A stretch of DNA of 63,972 bases, the filler included, from Phoronis australis (lineage: Eukaryota > Animalia > Phoronida): the NCBI GenBank assembly GCA_002633005.1. It is 12 parts of 12 records of this genome, joined end to end, with 100 filler letters (N's around TTAATTAATTAA, not from the genome) between each part and the next. Parts side by side here need not be neighbours in the genome. Positions count along the whole stretch, not along the records: positions 38,120 to 43,006 come from NMRA01002465.1; positions 43,107 to 51,827 come from NMRA01001870.1; positions 51,928 to 55,206 come from NMRA01003113.1; 9 more parts are not named here. One strand, 5' to 3'. This document shows positions 39,429 to 53,290 of the stretch, piece after piece (positions within the stretch are counted from its first letter, which is position 1; each line of letters opens with the position of its first letter). A model generated the notes under the pieces. It was given only the letters and a program-made list of their open reading frames with translations, was not told where the DNA came from and ran no database searches. The position numbers were made by a program, and so were the translations under genes.

Positions 39429-40052
39429 GTGAGTCTAGACGGGGTATTTCTGTATTAAAATGGAATATGGAACAACATATTTATTAAACTGCTTTAATAA
39501 TAATGCTTGCTTATAGTTTGTCCTAATGACAGGTTTGGCATTGAACTTGGTCGTGCCATAAAGTTGTTATGCAGAAAAGGAATAGAGGTTGCCTTACTTC
39601 TACATAGGTCTGTACAGCTGGATACCATAGGAAGATTTGAAGACATCGTGCATGGTTACCATTTGTAGAGTTTTTAAACTTCAGGAAGATTGCATTGTTA
39701 CATTGGCAACTTTGGCCTCCAAGATACCATCTTGCATAAGGGCTGTTCCAGCAAAATCTGTATGGGAGGTGAGGGAAGGCACTTTTATTTCGTACCCACT
39801 GCCCATATTTTTCATTTATTTCTCCAACCCATGACCCATAATTTTTTAATTATTTTTAATAGGTTGAAATATAAAATCCAACACTTGCAAACAAATTGCC
39901 TTCAGGAGGACCTGTTAAGAACTTAAATGATTGACAGACAAGAACTAGTTGTCTTGTCCAATATTGTCAAAAACTAAAAGTAGCCTGTGTGCAATACTTT
40001 TGGCAGCCACCAGGTGTCTCTATTCACCATGTGTCTATAATTTCAATGAACA

Positions 40053-42057
40053 TTTTTATGCGCCCACATATTTATATGTGGACGCATTATGCCGTCATCT
40101 CTGTCCGTCCGGGCGGCGTCCGTCCGGCGTCCGTCCGGCGTCCGTCCGGCATCCGCTGCTCTATCTCCAAAACCCTTTGACATACGTTCATGAAATTTAG
40201 CACATATGTTCCATTCATGAATGGGACGGCATGTGCGAACTTTCGGACGGATCCGACTACCGGTGTGCCCCCTAGTGGCAATTTTAGTTTTTTACGCTTA
40301 CCTTTGTATCTTCAAAAGTCCTTATTGGATTTTCATGAAATTTGGTATGTAGGCACCTAGTAGTGAGATGACGCTATCCTGCCGTTTTCAGATGGATTCG
40401 ACATAGTTTGCGCCACCTAGTGGCCATTTTTAGTGTTTTCGAGTCTGTTTTTGTGCTTCCACCCCTCTATCAACCAAACCGCTCAAAGGATGATTGTGAA
40501 AATTGGCATGTATGTGCTTACTATGTAGAGGACGGTTGACGATGATTTTCCGACGATTTCGACTACTGTGGCGCCTCCTAGTGGCAGTTTTGTTTTTTTT
40601 GCGCCTATGGCTGTATCTCCTAAACCGTTCGCAGGATCTTTACGAAATTGTGTAAGTATATTTATATGATGTTAACAACGGAAGATGACGACTTTTGGAC
40701 GGATCCGACTACCGGTGTGCCCCCTAGTGGCAATTTTAATTTTTTTACGCTTACCTTTGTATCTTCACAAGTCCTTATTGGATTTTCATGAAATTTGGTA
40801 TGTAGGCACCTATTAGTGAGATGACGCTATCCTCCCGTTTTCAGATGGATTCGACATAGTTTGCGCCACCTAGTGGCCATTTTTAGTGTTTTCGAGTCTG
40901 TTTTTGTGCGTCCACCCCTCTATCAACCAAACCGCTCAAAGGATGATTGTGAAAATTGGCATGTATATGCTTACTATGTAGAGGATGGTTGACGATGATT
41001 TTCCGACGATTTCGACTACTGTGGCGCCTCCTAGTGGCAGTTTTGTTTTTTTGCGCCTATGGCTGTATCTCCTAAACCGTTCGCAGGATCTTTACAAATT
41101 GTGTAAGTATATTTATATGATGTTAACAACGGAAGATGACGACTTTTGGTCGGATCCGACTACCGGTGTGCCCCCTAGTGGCAATTTTAGTTTTTTACGC
41201 TTACCTTTGTATCTTCAAAAGTATTGAACGGATTTTCATGAAATTTGGTATGTAGGCACCTATTAGTGAGATGACGCTATCCTACTGTTTTCAGATGGAT
41301 TCGACGTAGTTTGCGCCACCTAGTGGCCATTTTTACTGTTTTCGAGTCTGTATTTTTGCGTCCACCCCTCTATCAACCAAACCGCTCAAAGGATGATTGT
41401 GAAAATTGGCGTGTATGTGCTTACTATAAGGAAGACAGCTGACAATGATTTTCAGACGATTTGGACTACTGTGGCGCCTCCTAGTGGCAGTTTTGTTTTT
41501 TTGCGCCCATGGCTGTATCTCCCAAACCGTTTGCAGGATCTTTACTAAATTTAGCAAGTGTATTTATGTGATGTTGACAACGGACGATGACGACTTTAGG
41601 ATGATTCTGACTACCGGTATGCCTCTAGTGGCAATTTTAGTATTTGCCTCTAGTGGCAATTTTAGTATTTTACATTGACCTCTGTATTTTCATAGGTCTT
41701 CAGGTGTATACTTTGTGTTACTTCGTGACTATGAAGGAAAAGTTCCAAGTAGAAATTTGTTTCTGGCATTCTAATGCTGTGCTAATCTCGTATGTTGGTA
41801 AATTTGTTTTTAATTCTATGTTTCTGTGGTGCTTTAAGCAACTGGTGTATAGGATGTGCTTGTATTATGAAGATTACTCACATTTTGCCCCTAGCCTATT
41901 GAGGAGACAAGGACCATGCCTTTCCATTTTGCAAAGTACAACATACTACATATATGCCCTCCACTGGCCACTTTATGGTACCAATAAACAACCCTAGAAG
42001 GATACCGTATGCGGTGCAATTGTGGGCGCATTTCAACGCTCTGCGTTGCTCTTGTTT
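40053..42057 (+). mobile_element. Non-autonomous Helentron-associated (HINE/DINE-1/pearl-like) element with internal satellite
   Basis: 5' subterminal ATGCGCCCACA with nearby inverted TGTGGACGCAT; (CGTC)n microsatellite; central ~452-bp tandem repeats; 3' TGTGGGCGCAT plus hairpin CAACGC-tct-GCGTTG; T-rich flanks. Confidence 0.75.
40180..41665. repeat. Higher-order satellite: ~452-bp unit made of three ~145/145/161-bp subunits, ~3.3 copies
   Basis: ggatccgactaccggtgtgccccctagtggc recurs at ~452-bp spacing; each subunit contains CCTAGTGGC. Confidence 0.92.
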
Positions 42058-42825
42058 CAATTATAAGGATCTATGAATCTCAAACTGTCTCCACGAACTC
42101 TTTTATACTTCTATGTCAAGTGAATATTGGAACTTGTTTATCTTACTCCTCATACTTTTTATTTAAAAATCATCAATTTTCTTATATATGTTAACACCAG
42201 TTTAGTGTTGCAGAACTTTTCAATTGAATAGGACTGCAGACAAACAGTTGGGTCAAATCAAGTTGCCCATGACTTGATTACTGGCTTAGTGAACATATTG
42301 CTCTCTGTTCACTGGCAATATGGGCTTTTTTGTATTGGGATAAGTTAGGATATATGCCAATTGCATTTTGTTGAGTTTTGACGGCTGAAGTAACCAACCT
42401 GTCAACATTCACAGGTCAAAAAATACCACCCATTTTTAATGCATCACTTCTTACAAGAACAACCACCCATAATTTGAGTTTTTTTCTGAAGACCACCACC
42501 CATGATTTTTTATTTCTACTGCTGTCCCCCCCCTCCGACACGGATTTTACTGGAACAGCCCTAAGTTATATAGCAAATACAGTTCACTTCTAGACAACAC
42601 TATGTTTATGCATTGGTAAGTGGGTCCTTCTAGGTACCATCTCACATTATATCAATTATGAGAAACGGTTCACTTCTAGGCAACACTCATTTGTCGGTAC
42701 TCAGGGAGAGATGTACCAATACTTGTACTGGTGATGTGTGGGCTGTCCTCTCTTGCCTCCCTTGTATTGACCGTTTGTGTGCATGAACACTGAGTTGTAG
42801 TGTGTTCAATGGTTTGACAGTGAAG

Positions 42826-43006
42826 ATTCCTCCATCAGTCTATGTACTCTGTTCACATGTTTATTCCTCCATCAGTCTATATACTCTGTTCACATGTTTA
42901 TTCCTCCATCAGTCTATATACGATGTTCACATGTTTATTCCTCCATCAGTCTATATACTATGTTCACATGTTTATTCCTCCATCAGTCTATATACTCTGT
43001 TCACAT
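42826..43006. repeat. 37-bp minisatellite (~5 units, truncated by spacer)
   Basis: Unit attcctccatcagtctatatactctgttcacatgttt. Confidence 0.92.
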
Positions 43007-43728
43007 NNNNNNNNNNNNNNNNNNNNNNNNNNNNNNNNNNNNNNNNNNNNTTAATTAATTAANNNNNNNNNNNNNNNNNNNNNNNNNNNNNNNNNNNNNN
43101 NNNNNNAACATGGGTAAATTTAATTAATGTCATTTGCTTGTAACGATCTCTCTTAAACTGAGAAGTTTGATTATGTTGGTGTGGTGTCGACTGATGATAT
43201 CACTTTACGCATAAACTCTGCTACACCATAGAAGTGGAGGAGCGTCTTGTGGCCAGACTAAACCGTATCACCGTTGGCCGTAAGTTCCACTTTCCATAAA
43301 CATCTTGATGCACAACGCACCAAAGCAGCCAAGCATGTTTATATCGCAACTTTATTGTTCAGGAAACCAAGTTAAGTTACTTCTAGGCATAGACTTAGCT
43401 CGAAAATGGACAACGTTAGCTTATGCCATGTTTACAACCATTCTCCAATTTTTACACCAGTTATTTAAAACCTTCAACATATCTTGCATGTCATTTTCAT
43501 TTACAGACAGAAGTGCAATATTGTCGGCATAATGAGGAACTGAAATATTGCTTGGGCCACATTTGACACCTTAACCCAATTGTTCAATTTCCAGTGCTAA
43601 GTCATTTATATATAAGGCAAAGAAACCCGGTGATAAAACGTTCCCCTGACGGACACCATTTTCAGGAGTGAACCAACCACTATACGGAATGTCAACTAAT
43701 CAGATATAGCTCATCGGACTTCTGTAAA

Positions 43729-44051
43729 TGTTAGAGTATGATCTCATATCCCAGTGAGTGCATGTGTAGGAGTAGTTCAGAGAATTAAGACTTATGTAAT
43801 ACACCCCCAACATGAGGAATTGTAGTAAACATATGTTTGTTCAGTATATCCTGTTATGATTCATGTATGTCACTATATAAGTGTATGATCGCATGGATTG
43901 TAACAGACTCAGTAGTATCAGCAGAAGAGTATGTAATAAAACTATTATCCTCCTTCAGACTAGTATTATCCTTGGACCGCGTTCTCGCACTGTGTCGCGC
44001 ATTCAACGTTCCTAACCGAACAGAATGCCTTTCACTGCTAGCACATCAACA
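43729..44051 (+). mobile_element. Solo LTR inserted in the LINE
   Basis: TGTT...AACA ends, 5-bp TSD GTAAA (43724-43728, 44052-44056), internal TATATAA and AATAAA. Removing it restores the LINE frame (RMVY|RSP...GWF...GVRQG). Confidence 0.8.
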
Positions 44052-45396
44052 GTAAACCATACGAATTGAATCATACATTCTACCCACATTATTTTGCTGT
44101 AATTTATAAAACAGAAGTTCATGGTTTGTCCAGTCAAAAGCTTTTTTTCATGTCCAGAAATGTCACAAATGTAGAAAAGTTAGACGACTTTCTTGTTTGA
44201 GTAATTGATGACAGGACATATAAGTGATCAATACAGGACTGTTGGCTTCGAAAACCGGTTTGCTCGTCAACTAAAATAATGTTCTGTTCACAGAAACCCA
44301 TAATTCTATTATTCAGTACAGTACTGAAGAGTTTATAAAAATTTGAAAGCAGACTAATCCCACGGTAGTTCATTAAATAACTGGGTTAGGAAAACAGCAA
44401 TAGTTTCGAATCTTAACACCCCATAAGATATAGTCATAGCCGACGGCTTTGTTATTCTTTGTTTTCATAATAACATTTCTGACGTCATCAATAGAGATTT
44501 CACAATTTAAGCCATGAGCAATTATATAAGAACAATCATTTTCTAGCTGCTTGCGCAAATTTAAGGTTTCCAAATAAAATCCGTCATTAAACAGTTCAGA
44601 ACAGCGTTTAAATAATCCTTTTTCCATTTATTTAGAACAAAATTTTTATCAGAGTGTATTTTATTACTTGAATCCAAGACTTCCAGGGGAAATTCGCTAA
44701 ACTGATTTGGTCCCAGTTTTTTTAAATTCCCAGAAATCCTTAGGATTTTTAGTATACAGTTTTTGAATTTCAATCTGAACCTTCAACTGGTATGAACGTT
44801 TCCCGCATTTGAGTTTTCAGTCAAATTTATATTGAGTAAACAGAAATAATTGTTAGTAATGTGACCAATTCCCGCGTCCTCTTTGACATCTTGAAAGTTG
44901 TTTTTCAATGTACTTTAATTTTCCACAAATCGCTAAGTTCCGAATTCCAATAAGACTGGTTCCTTTTAAAATACGTTCTTAGTTAGCTACTCGGATAATA
45001 ATCCTTGTAATCCAGCAAGGAATCCATTTCCTTAATGTGGGCGGATGCAACCCTCTTCTGCATCTGTGGCAGATTGTCACCCACTTTTACAGCTCAACAT
45101 ATTATATAACTTTTGTAATTATCCATATCTGTAGTAGTTTAGTTTGTTGTTATATATGTGACCTTTTATCTCAGCCTCACGTGTTGTTTTACAGTAAACC
45201 AGCTTCGGTATCGCTTCGCAGTAAACGCATATAAATGACTGATACAATATATCAAGTTGATTCTGAGGTTCATAAGATAACAATAATGAATCAATTAAAC
45301 ACAAATTTCTTAATTAAATGCACGTCATTACTAAATTCTGCCGGGATATTGGAGTTGTCATATTTACTATTTTCGAAAGAGTATTTGAATCTAATG

Positions 45397-45647
45397 CAGT
45401 GGCGGATTTAGGGGGGCCAAGGGGGCCATGCTCCCTCCTAAAATTCTCTCAGATAGCATTTGACAGTTGGGGTTGCGAATTGCATGCGCGCACCCAGGGG
45501 GGGCTTGGGGGCGAATGCACAATGCATAGGCCTTTAACAAACCCCGTTTACCGCTTTTTTAGAATGGGCGTATGCATGTGGCGAAATTCTGGTTATTCCT
45601 GTGCCCTACCCCCCACCCCTTAACTCAAAATCCAGGATCCGCCCCTG
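45397..45647. mobile_element. hAT-like MITE with 5-bp TSD
   Basis: TIRs CAGTGGCGGAT.../...ATCCGCCCCTG; TSD TAATG on both sides. Similar right ends occur at ~52140 and ~55411. Confidence 0.75.
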
Positions 45648-46779
45648 TAATGGCCTGTCGATACCAGGTACCGGTAAACATATACCAGGCGAGGGGATTT
45701 TAAACTTTAAAACAATAACAGAATGATCTGGGGCTTTACATCTTGGCCCAAGCAATGCGTGGATATGTAACATATCAATAATGTCAGAAATCTTAGTACA
45801 GAAAACGATACACAATTCTTCAGATTATTTTGGTCAGTTAAGATCCAATCTACAACAGCATTTCCATTACCGATTTTGCGTTACTTCGCAATATGTCGCC
45901 AACTATTTCATATAACTGAAAGAACTAAGTGTCTGGACATATATTTGGTTGGTCAAACATTTCATTGGGACTACAAGTAAGTGATGCAAGCTATTTTATA
46001 CATGGTACAGGTATAAAACACTCAACATGGAACAGAAGTACAGTGTGAGGCATGAAAATCTTCTATTTGTATCCAAATTCAGGACTGATGTTGACCCATC
46101 CATGAAAACAAATTGTGATATTGCAGTCCAAAACTTTAGAAGTAAAACACACCTTGAATACAAACTAACATCAAAATATACCAATGGGCTGGTGACATGT
46201 ATGTCAATCAGTGCGAATCCAATGCTGAGGACAGGGAAATTTGGACTGCATTCGAAATTAGGGCAGCTATCCAAGAAAATGCACAAATCATCCATGTAAG
46301 AAAACAAGACTCTATAAATGAACACGGTGACTTTACAATCTTAAGCAATGTCAAAGGAACAGCAAGCGAAAAACTGCAACAGCGTAATGAAATTCGGGAC
46401 AAACNTTAGAAAATGTGTTATCACAGACAAACCTATTAACACTTCACTGCCAAATTTCACCGCTTGAGAAACACTGAAAGCCCAGAGGCACGAAGCTCTC
46501 AGGTGCACCATTCGCCCGATAAACTATCAATACCGTGCACCATCGTGCTCGTTTTCCCACGAATGCATTTTCTGCAGCAAACCTGAAACCAAGTATGGCA
46601 GCAATCTTCACAAGGAAATGTAATAATAGCTGAGATAAGATGAATTAACGTATTAAGTGACGTCTTTTTATTTAAATTTTCATTTCATTATCCACAAACG
46701 TGTGAGGTATATCGTTTTGTTGTAGGTTGCCCAGTATCAAGCCGAGAACTGTCCCAGATTCACGTTCCATGTTAAACTC

Positions 46780-47601
46780 CGGATTGTACTAAAAACCCCT
46801 CGATCCGCACGCCACTGACGACCCCCTCGACCCACGACCTCCTCGACCCAGTTTAAACAAGCTCGGTTCGATCTGAACATAGAAAAAGCGTTGACTAACA
46901 GGACCATCTAGTCTGGCCGTGAGCTCGTCTGGCTTTCCCTGTTTTTTTTTTGCAATTAATAAAGTCGATTTGGCAAGTTTCAAAGCCAAAAGCAGAAAAA
47001 AAACGCGATCAAATCATATCAAAGACCTACCAACGTTACAAATGTCGTTCCCGCAGAGTGTAATCGTATCGTCTGCTCTTCAGATTCAAGTTTTTGGGAG
47101 AGTGTGAGGAACCCACGAAATTGTAATTTCTTCAGTAAATACATTTTGAAAAACAAACTGTTAACTAAAAAGTATCTCAACGTTTCATGTAGTATATTGT
47201 AAACGAGTATACAACAGAAAACATATTATAAAAATGTGAAATGATGTGCATTCACGTTAACATACTATCTCCGTTTAGTAGAACAAGGCCATTGGTAGCT
47301 ACTCGTGGAACCATTTCCATGGCAACAATACCACGCTCACAATACGCTATATCACTGATCTTGCCCTTACGCCACTTTCTGTTTTAACCACCAAACGTGA
47401 GCTAGATCGGATTCTTGTGTAAGTAAGTCCTATGAAATAGTTACTCCTAGACGTAATACGATTATGAAATGTATAAAAAGAGCAGAATGCATCTATTACC
47501 ACAGGTTGTGGGTCATGGGGTAGTGGGTCGTGGGGGTTGTGGGTCGTGGGGGTTGTGGGTCGAGGGGGTTGTGGGGATCGAAGGGGTTTTAGAACAATCC
47601 G
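46780..47601. mobile_element. Non-autonomous TIR element with subterminal short repeats
   Basis: CGGATTGT(A/T)CTAAAA-CCCC-TCGATCC inverted at both ends, followed by cgaccc(c/a)-type repeats. Confidence 0.7.
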
Positions 47602-47611
47602 TTCAATCCTA

Positions 47612-49619
47612 GACATTGGGTGAGCTATTGAACATGCTAGAACTCATGAAGTAATGTCCGATACCTGTGTCCCTATTCTTGGAACACCAGGTATTTTTTC
47701 CAAGGCAAACAAAGCCTCCATTTCGCATTATCTTCTGAACGACATCGTGCCAGAAGACATTCATTGTCCTGAGGATGTTCTGTTCATCCAAGATGGTTTT
47801 GCTCTTCTCCCCACACGTTAGCTAATCTCCTCCAACATGTGGTAATGTCTGTTTACAAGTACTTGATCAAACGGTGTCGAAGAAGCACTTCTTGTTCTCA
47901 ACTGACAGTTACTACCCTGAATCTATCAAAGGCCAGGAGCAGTTGTGACGTGGCAGTTCAAAGAAAATAATTTTGGGTGGACCAGCTACACATAAGCCGT
48001 ATGACTTCAAAACTTTTCTTGCAAACGATGACAACAAAAGCAACTTTGCCAACTGTTACTGCAAGTCTGGAGTGGTGAGAAGGCAGTTTCCAGGTAGAAG
48101 AAAACCGAGATGGCCATCCTGATTGTAGGCGGGCATCCGATGGCGATGAAGTCTATAATATTTTTCTGAACAGAACTTTCTGATTATTTCTTACTTTACT
48201 AATTTGCGATGTCATAATGTAATAATAAAAGTGATTTGATGTTTCCGGTTCATACTCAGGAGATCACACATATCTACAGTAACCAATAAGAGCCTGACAT
48301 AAGAATTGTTTTGTACCTCCAGTACGCTGCCTCACTTGGGTACAGAAACGACGTCGTCAGAATCCCTGACACTGATGTGTGTCATTTTGCTGCTGGCATG
48401 CTATAAAGTTGACTTTATATCTAGATACAGGTTCTGAGGCGACTACTGAATCTCTCCGACCTAGCAAAATCCTTGGGAAAATACTACTGTGAGGCTCTAC
48501 TTGGATTTTATGTATACACTGGAGAAGATTGCAACAGTGCGTTTAAACATAAAGAAAATGTTGGCCCCCTTAAAAAGCTAGAAAAGAATAAAAATTTGAC
48601 TTGTATTCAGGCAACGTGACGTTGATTTGGCGGTAAGTTGAAAGAATTATACTGCCTCACGTACGGTCAGAGTCGTGAGTCATCGATAGATGCTACTCGT
48701 GCCAAGATGTTACGTCAAAGGGTTGATGACGATGAATTCCTCACAACTCCAAGAATGACAATGCTCGACTTACCTCGTGCCAGTCTGAACAGAAACCTCT
48801 CATCCAACGAGTAAATCACCTTATCACCTTGTACAAGCGTGCTTGCGAACCCATAAATGAGAAGCCAAAACCTTGTGACGAAGGACAAGTGAGGATGCGG
48901 ACTGATGGAAGAGTATTTCAACCTGTGTGGTCGTGTTGTCCTATCTTACCAAACTTACTGATTGATTTCTTGCTCACCAATGTTTGTGAAGTGGACACAG
49001 AAGAGGAAAGTGGGGGGTTGTAAGGAAGTTTCACGGAAAGCAATGAAAGTGACATAGAGTGTTAGAACATGTAATCAGTGACATCAACACCTAATGATTG
49101 TCCATATTTCTATAGCTATTTCCCCGCGTTTTTTCCTTGACATTTGTTGAAATTTGGCTCGTTAAAGAGCTGATTATATAAACACTGAAAGTTGCACATT
49201 CAGTGTTTATATTGGCTTATGTAAACTTTCAGAGTATTATTGATTGTTAGTAACCGTATAATACAAGTAAGATGTAATAGATTAGGAAGAAAATTATTAC
49301 ATCGTAATGCTTGACCCTCAAAATATCGGTTTTGACACTTGATTTGTTCATTTACAAGAACAAGAAAGTGAGATATCATCATAACAAAAAATCGGTAATG
49401 GCGGCATTAATTTGCATAAAAACGCACGTGGGACACTTTTTCGGCTTGTTAACATCTTTCTTGATTTCCACACATATTTTTCTTTGCAAAAATGCAACTT
49501 AAAAGTTGAAGTCCGGGGGGTGCACGGGGGGCCATTTTTCGACTCAACTATGGTGAAACATGGGGTCTGGCATCTACTCCAACTCGATCATCGCATTTCC
49601 CACTTTGACACAGGGAGTA
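47612..49619 (+). mobile_element. Academ-like DNA transposon remnant (decayed XPG/PIN-like nuclease region and right end)
   Basis: Frameshifted peptides FIQDG, FSTDSYYPESIKGQE, DFKTFLANDDNK, SNHKEPDIRIVLYLQYA, PDTDV, YTGEDCNSAFK. Ends ...CACAGGGAGTA. Possible N-terminal remnant (HECIFCSK) near 46560. Confidence 0.6.
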
Positions 49620-50201
49620 ATGTCGCGCCAAGCAATGCTGTGTTGTGAAATAGAAAAAATGTAAAAGTATCGAATGAATGAAAATGTGGTTTTGAGGTTT
49701 AATCTAGTGTTGTCGATAACTTTAAAAAGTATTGAGTAGAAATAAATGAAATCAGTCAGAGCTTTGTAATCTAATTACATCTAACAGCAACGATTCAAAT
49801 GTTTACCTGGACATGTACAGAGGTGAGCTGCATTTGTGAGGCGTTGCTATCGCAACCCAGACTTCATAGTTTGCAATCATCACTTCTTCGTCAGTCGCTG
49901 TTGGCCGTTTTGAATGGAGCCCCCTTCAACTAGACTTTTCCAGCGCCCCTTCGACCTCTTCCACCTCTGTTGCGTAGAGTGTCTATCATTGTCTGTACAG
50001 AGTCTAACAATTCTTTTGAGATTTTTGTACTTCTCACTGCTTTCTTTCTAATGTCGATCTGCCATAGAATGACAACTTTTGAGGATCATTTGAGCATGTG
50101 CACTAGTGATAACCCGTGATAGCGCTGTGTTTTAAAATGCCAAGTTTAAAAGGGATATACTTCGCTCGGCTGGATTCAGGCAAAGAGTAAATCAAGACCA
50201 A

Positions 50202-50448
50202 GAGCCTGTTCCAAGAAACTGACTTAAGTTCATTTTAGACTTAAGTTTAAGATTTGTCTTAACTTCCAAACTTTGAAACTTCCACATTAGGTAAGTAAGT
50301 CCAAATTAAGACAAAACTTATGTCAAACACTTAAAACAAATTTAAGATCTCTTTCTTGAAATGGTTTGAGACAAATTTAACTTTTATTTTAAAATTTACA
50401 AAAATTTAAGATTTGTCTTAGCTAAGTCAGTTTTGTTGGAACGGGCCC
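50202..50448. mobile_element. PIF/Harbinger-type MITE
   Basis: TIRs GAGCCTGTTCCAAGAAACTGACTTA / reverse complement GGGCCCGTTCCAACAAAACTGACTTA; 3-bp TSD CAA. Confidence 0.7.
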
Positions 50449-52329
50449 CAAGTCTCAACTGAAAAAACAGTATCATTGACAACATGACTAAAGTGTGAGT
50501 TACGTGATGATCCGGCTCACCATCGAAATACAGGTGTAGTGCAGCTCAAATTGTGCCGCAATTCTGCCATGTGCTTAACTGGTGATTTTGAGATACACCA
50601 TCTTTCATAATCAATTGAAGTCGTCTGTCCTCGAAATAGTTGTTCAGACAGTCAGACACTTCCGTGTGAATTTATTAAGTTTACTTTGAAATTAATAAGA
50701 CGCCAGCTTTCTTTTACCAGTGAAAAGCAAATCGAACCCTGTAAAACAAATAACGTTCGCGACCTTTCGGAATGCAGAACTTCTGTCAGACAAGACACTG
50801 AAGATGTTGTAATGTACATGCTAATTGGTCCTTTCAGGTTTTATAAATATTATCAAACCAATGAACGGCATACTTCTTTTCGCGATGACAGAAGGGTTGG
50901 CGAAAATAGTCGTTTATTATGAGGTAACAATAGATTAAGTAACATAAAATGCAATCTCAGGAAAGATGTACTTGTAGACAAAGCTAAAACCAAGAAACTT
51001 AGGTGAAAATACAATTCCTCAAAACGGAGATATAGATCTAAAATGAAACTACAATGCGTTGCACAATGACCCCTAAGTGCAAATTAAACTCCAAGTTGTA
51101 TCGGCTCAGCAAAGATCAGTCTTACAACCTTTGATGCCCCATGACCAAGAGGTGGATATGCTCGAAAGTTATTTTTTGTATTTTCTACTAGGAAATAAAG
51201 GTGCATTGTACACCAAATATTATTTTAGATATCTACTTTCACAAGTTTAGCATGAGGGCAACAGTCGGATGTAACCTGCCAGAAAGCTCATTATTCAGTG
51301 GAGAAAACTTGTTCTCAAAATTCGGGCAAGTTACATCCAGCCATTACCAGCACCGAGTACTCCAGAACATAATGTTTAAGTTTCGCCAGCCATTCTTTGC
51401 AAGACCCACAGCTTGCCCCAAATCAAACCATGCCTCTAGGGCTTTTTATACATTCCAGACTCGATTATTCTGAATCCACGCTGGGTAATAAAACTCAACC
51501 AGGACCATAAACTCTTTGTTAAACTATGTTTAGTTACATGGTACCTACTGAGACAGTTGTATGACTAAGAGCAGGGATCACATACCATGTATGTCAATTT
51601 CAAAAGGCTTATTGTGTGTGAATGACACCCATCATTTACAACCGTCTGCAAAATTTTAAGCCACTATGCGGACTAGTTACTCCCGCCAAGCCCAAAATGT
51701 AAGCATCATAAAAATGGCCACTAGATGGTGCAGAATACATCGAACCCACCAGAAGATGGAAAGGCATCAGTCATCGCTCCCAAATAGAAATCTATTTAAG
51801 AAATTTAATGAAAATTCATCAAGAAACNNNNNNNNNNNNNNNNNNNNNNNNNNNNNNNNNNNNNNNNNNNNTTAATTAATTAANNNNNNNNNNNNNNNNN
51901 NNNNNNNNNNNNNNNNNNNNNNNNNNNGGGGGGGGTGGGTTAGGATTGGAGCGAATCCGAGGCGCGTAGCGCCGAGCAAAAGGAAGGTCGGGAGGGAGTT
52001 TTCCCCCTCCCATATAAGTTTTTTTGTGGTTTTTAGTAGCTGATTTCGTTTTTCTGGTGAATTTTTTTCAATTTTTATTTTTGATCCTGTCCCGAGGGGG
52101 GGGTTTGAACCCCATGAATCCCCCTGTAGATCCGCCTCTGCAACTGGTAGTCGCGACGGCAGACTAGAGCGTCTGCACCCTAGCAGATCCCGGGTTTGGG
52201 TCTCAGTTGCGGCAGAAATCTTTTCAGACTTGCATTCATGGGGTTACGTGATGTGACCACAGGTGGTGTGCTGACCGTGACCAGACTTAAAAATGTTTGC
52301 GAAATTTTTACGTTAAAATAATCATCTAA

Positions 52330-53290
52330 TAGCAAATGTCTGAGAGAGAAAGTAATTCGTGGACTCAAAGCAGACATTTTTTGTATCATTGAAAGCCATT
52401 TGGCTGTAACCCATAGTATTTTTGTAGATGGTTTAGTATGGCCATAATAGAAACACTGCATGGCGTGCTATTAGACCGTCTGTGGGATAGGAGTATTAGT
52501 TAAGTCAACTTCAGTACAGAAATAAATGGTTAAGGTTGTTGATAAATCTCGTGATGGTTTAGTAAATTTGATTTCTGATTTCAAGTTTGTTATATTTGTC
52601 TGTTATTTACCTCCAGAAAATTCCCCTTGGGGATGTGACCCGTGCACTTGGTGGGCGCGGAAAGTTGAGTGAGAATGTGGAATCGTGTTATAAATTTCGA
52701 GGAAGATAGACATATGGAATATTTTAGTGGGACTACACAACCTGTACTAATAATTGGACTTCTGAAGTTTTGAACATATTTGAAGAATAAGTGATTTCGG
52801 ACTGTTTTCATAACTTCAATAAATCTCTCTCACTGTAAGAATATGTTGCATGATTTGACTTGTAATAAGTGGCTGTTTGAACGCCATTCGAAACCAATGT
52901 TTTGATGATGAATGTTTTTCATACTGAGCCTTACGTGCCGTTCGACTAACTTGGCCTAGTTGGTCAATTCTTGCTCAAATTAGAACCGGAACCTTGCATG
53001 ATTGAGGTTTGCCAGGCGTTTTCGTTCTGCAGAATTTGATGATAGAATTTGCTGTCGTTGTCACACTCAGATCGGGTTGAAACCGAAGTACATTTTCTGA
53101 TTGAGAGTGTTTTCTTAGATGCCACTACACACCTTTTACACTCAAGTTGAGATTAAATATCCACAATTTCGTGCAGAAAGCTGTGAATGTAAATTAATCA
53201 CTATTATGCAAAGACGTTATCAGGAAAACTGCATTCTCCATAGGTAATATTTTTGAGGTAGGAAAATTTTCATTTATTAATGATCACTCT
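52330..53290 (+). mobile_element. Internally deleted, degenerate LINE (AP-endonuclease and C-terminal fragments)
   Basis: FCIIESHL, FVIFVCYLPPENSPWG; later SILAQIRTGTL, DDRICCRCH, ETEVHFL. Confidence 0.6.

Larger units (their letters stand above)
43230..45900 (-). mobile_element. Degenerate non-LTR retrotransposon (LINE) ORF2, interrupted by a solo LTR and a MITE
   Basis: NYRGISLLS...DEQTGFR...SCIDHLY...FLDMKKSF; GVRQGNVLSP..F.LYINDL; YADN; WCKNWRMVVN. Many stops and frameshifts. Confidence 0.88.
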
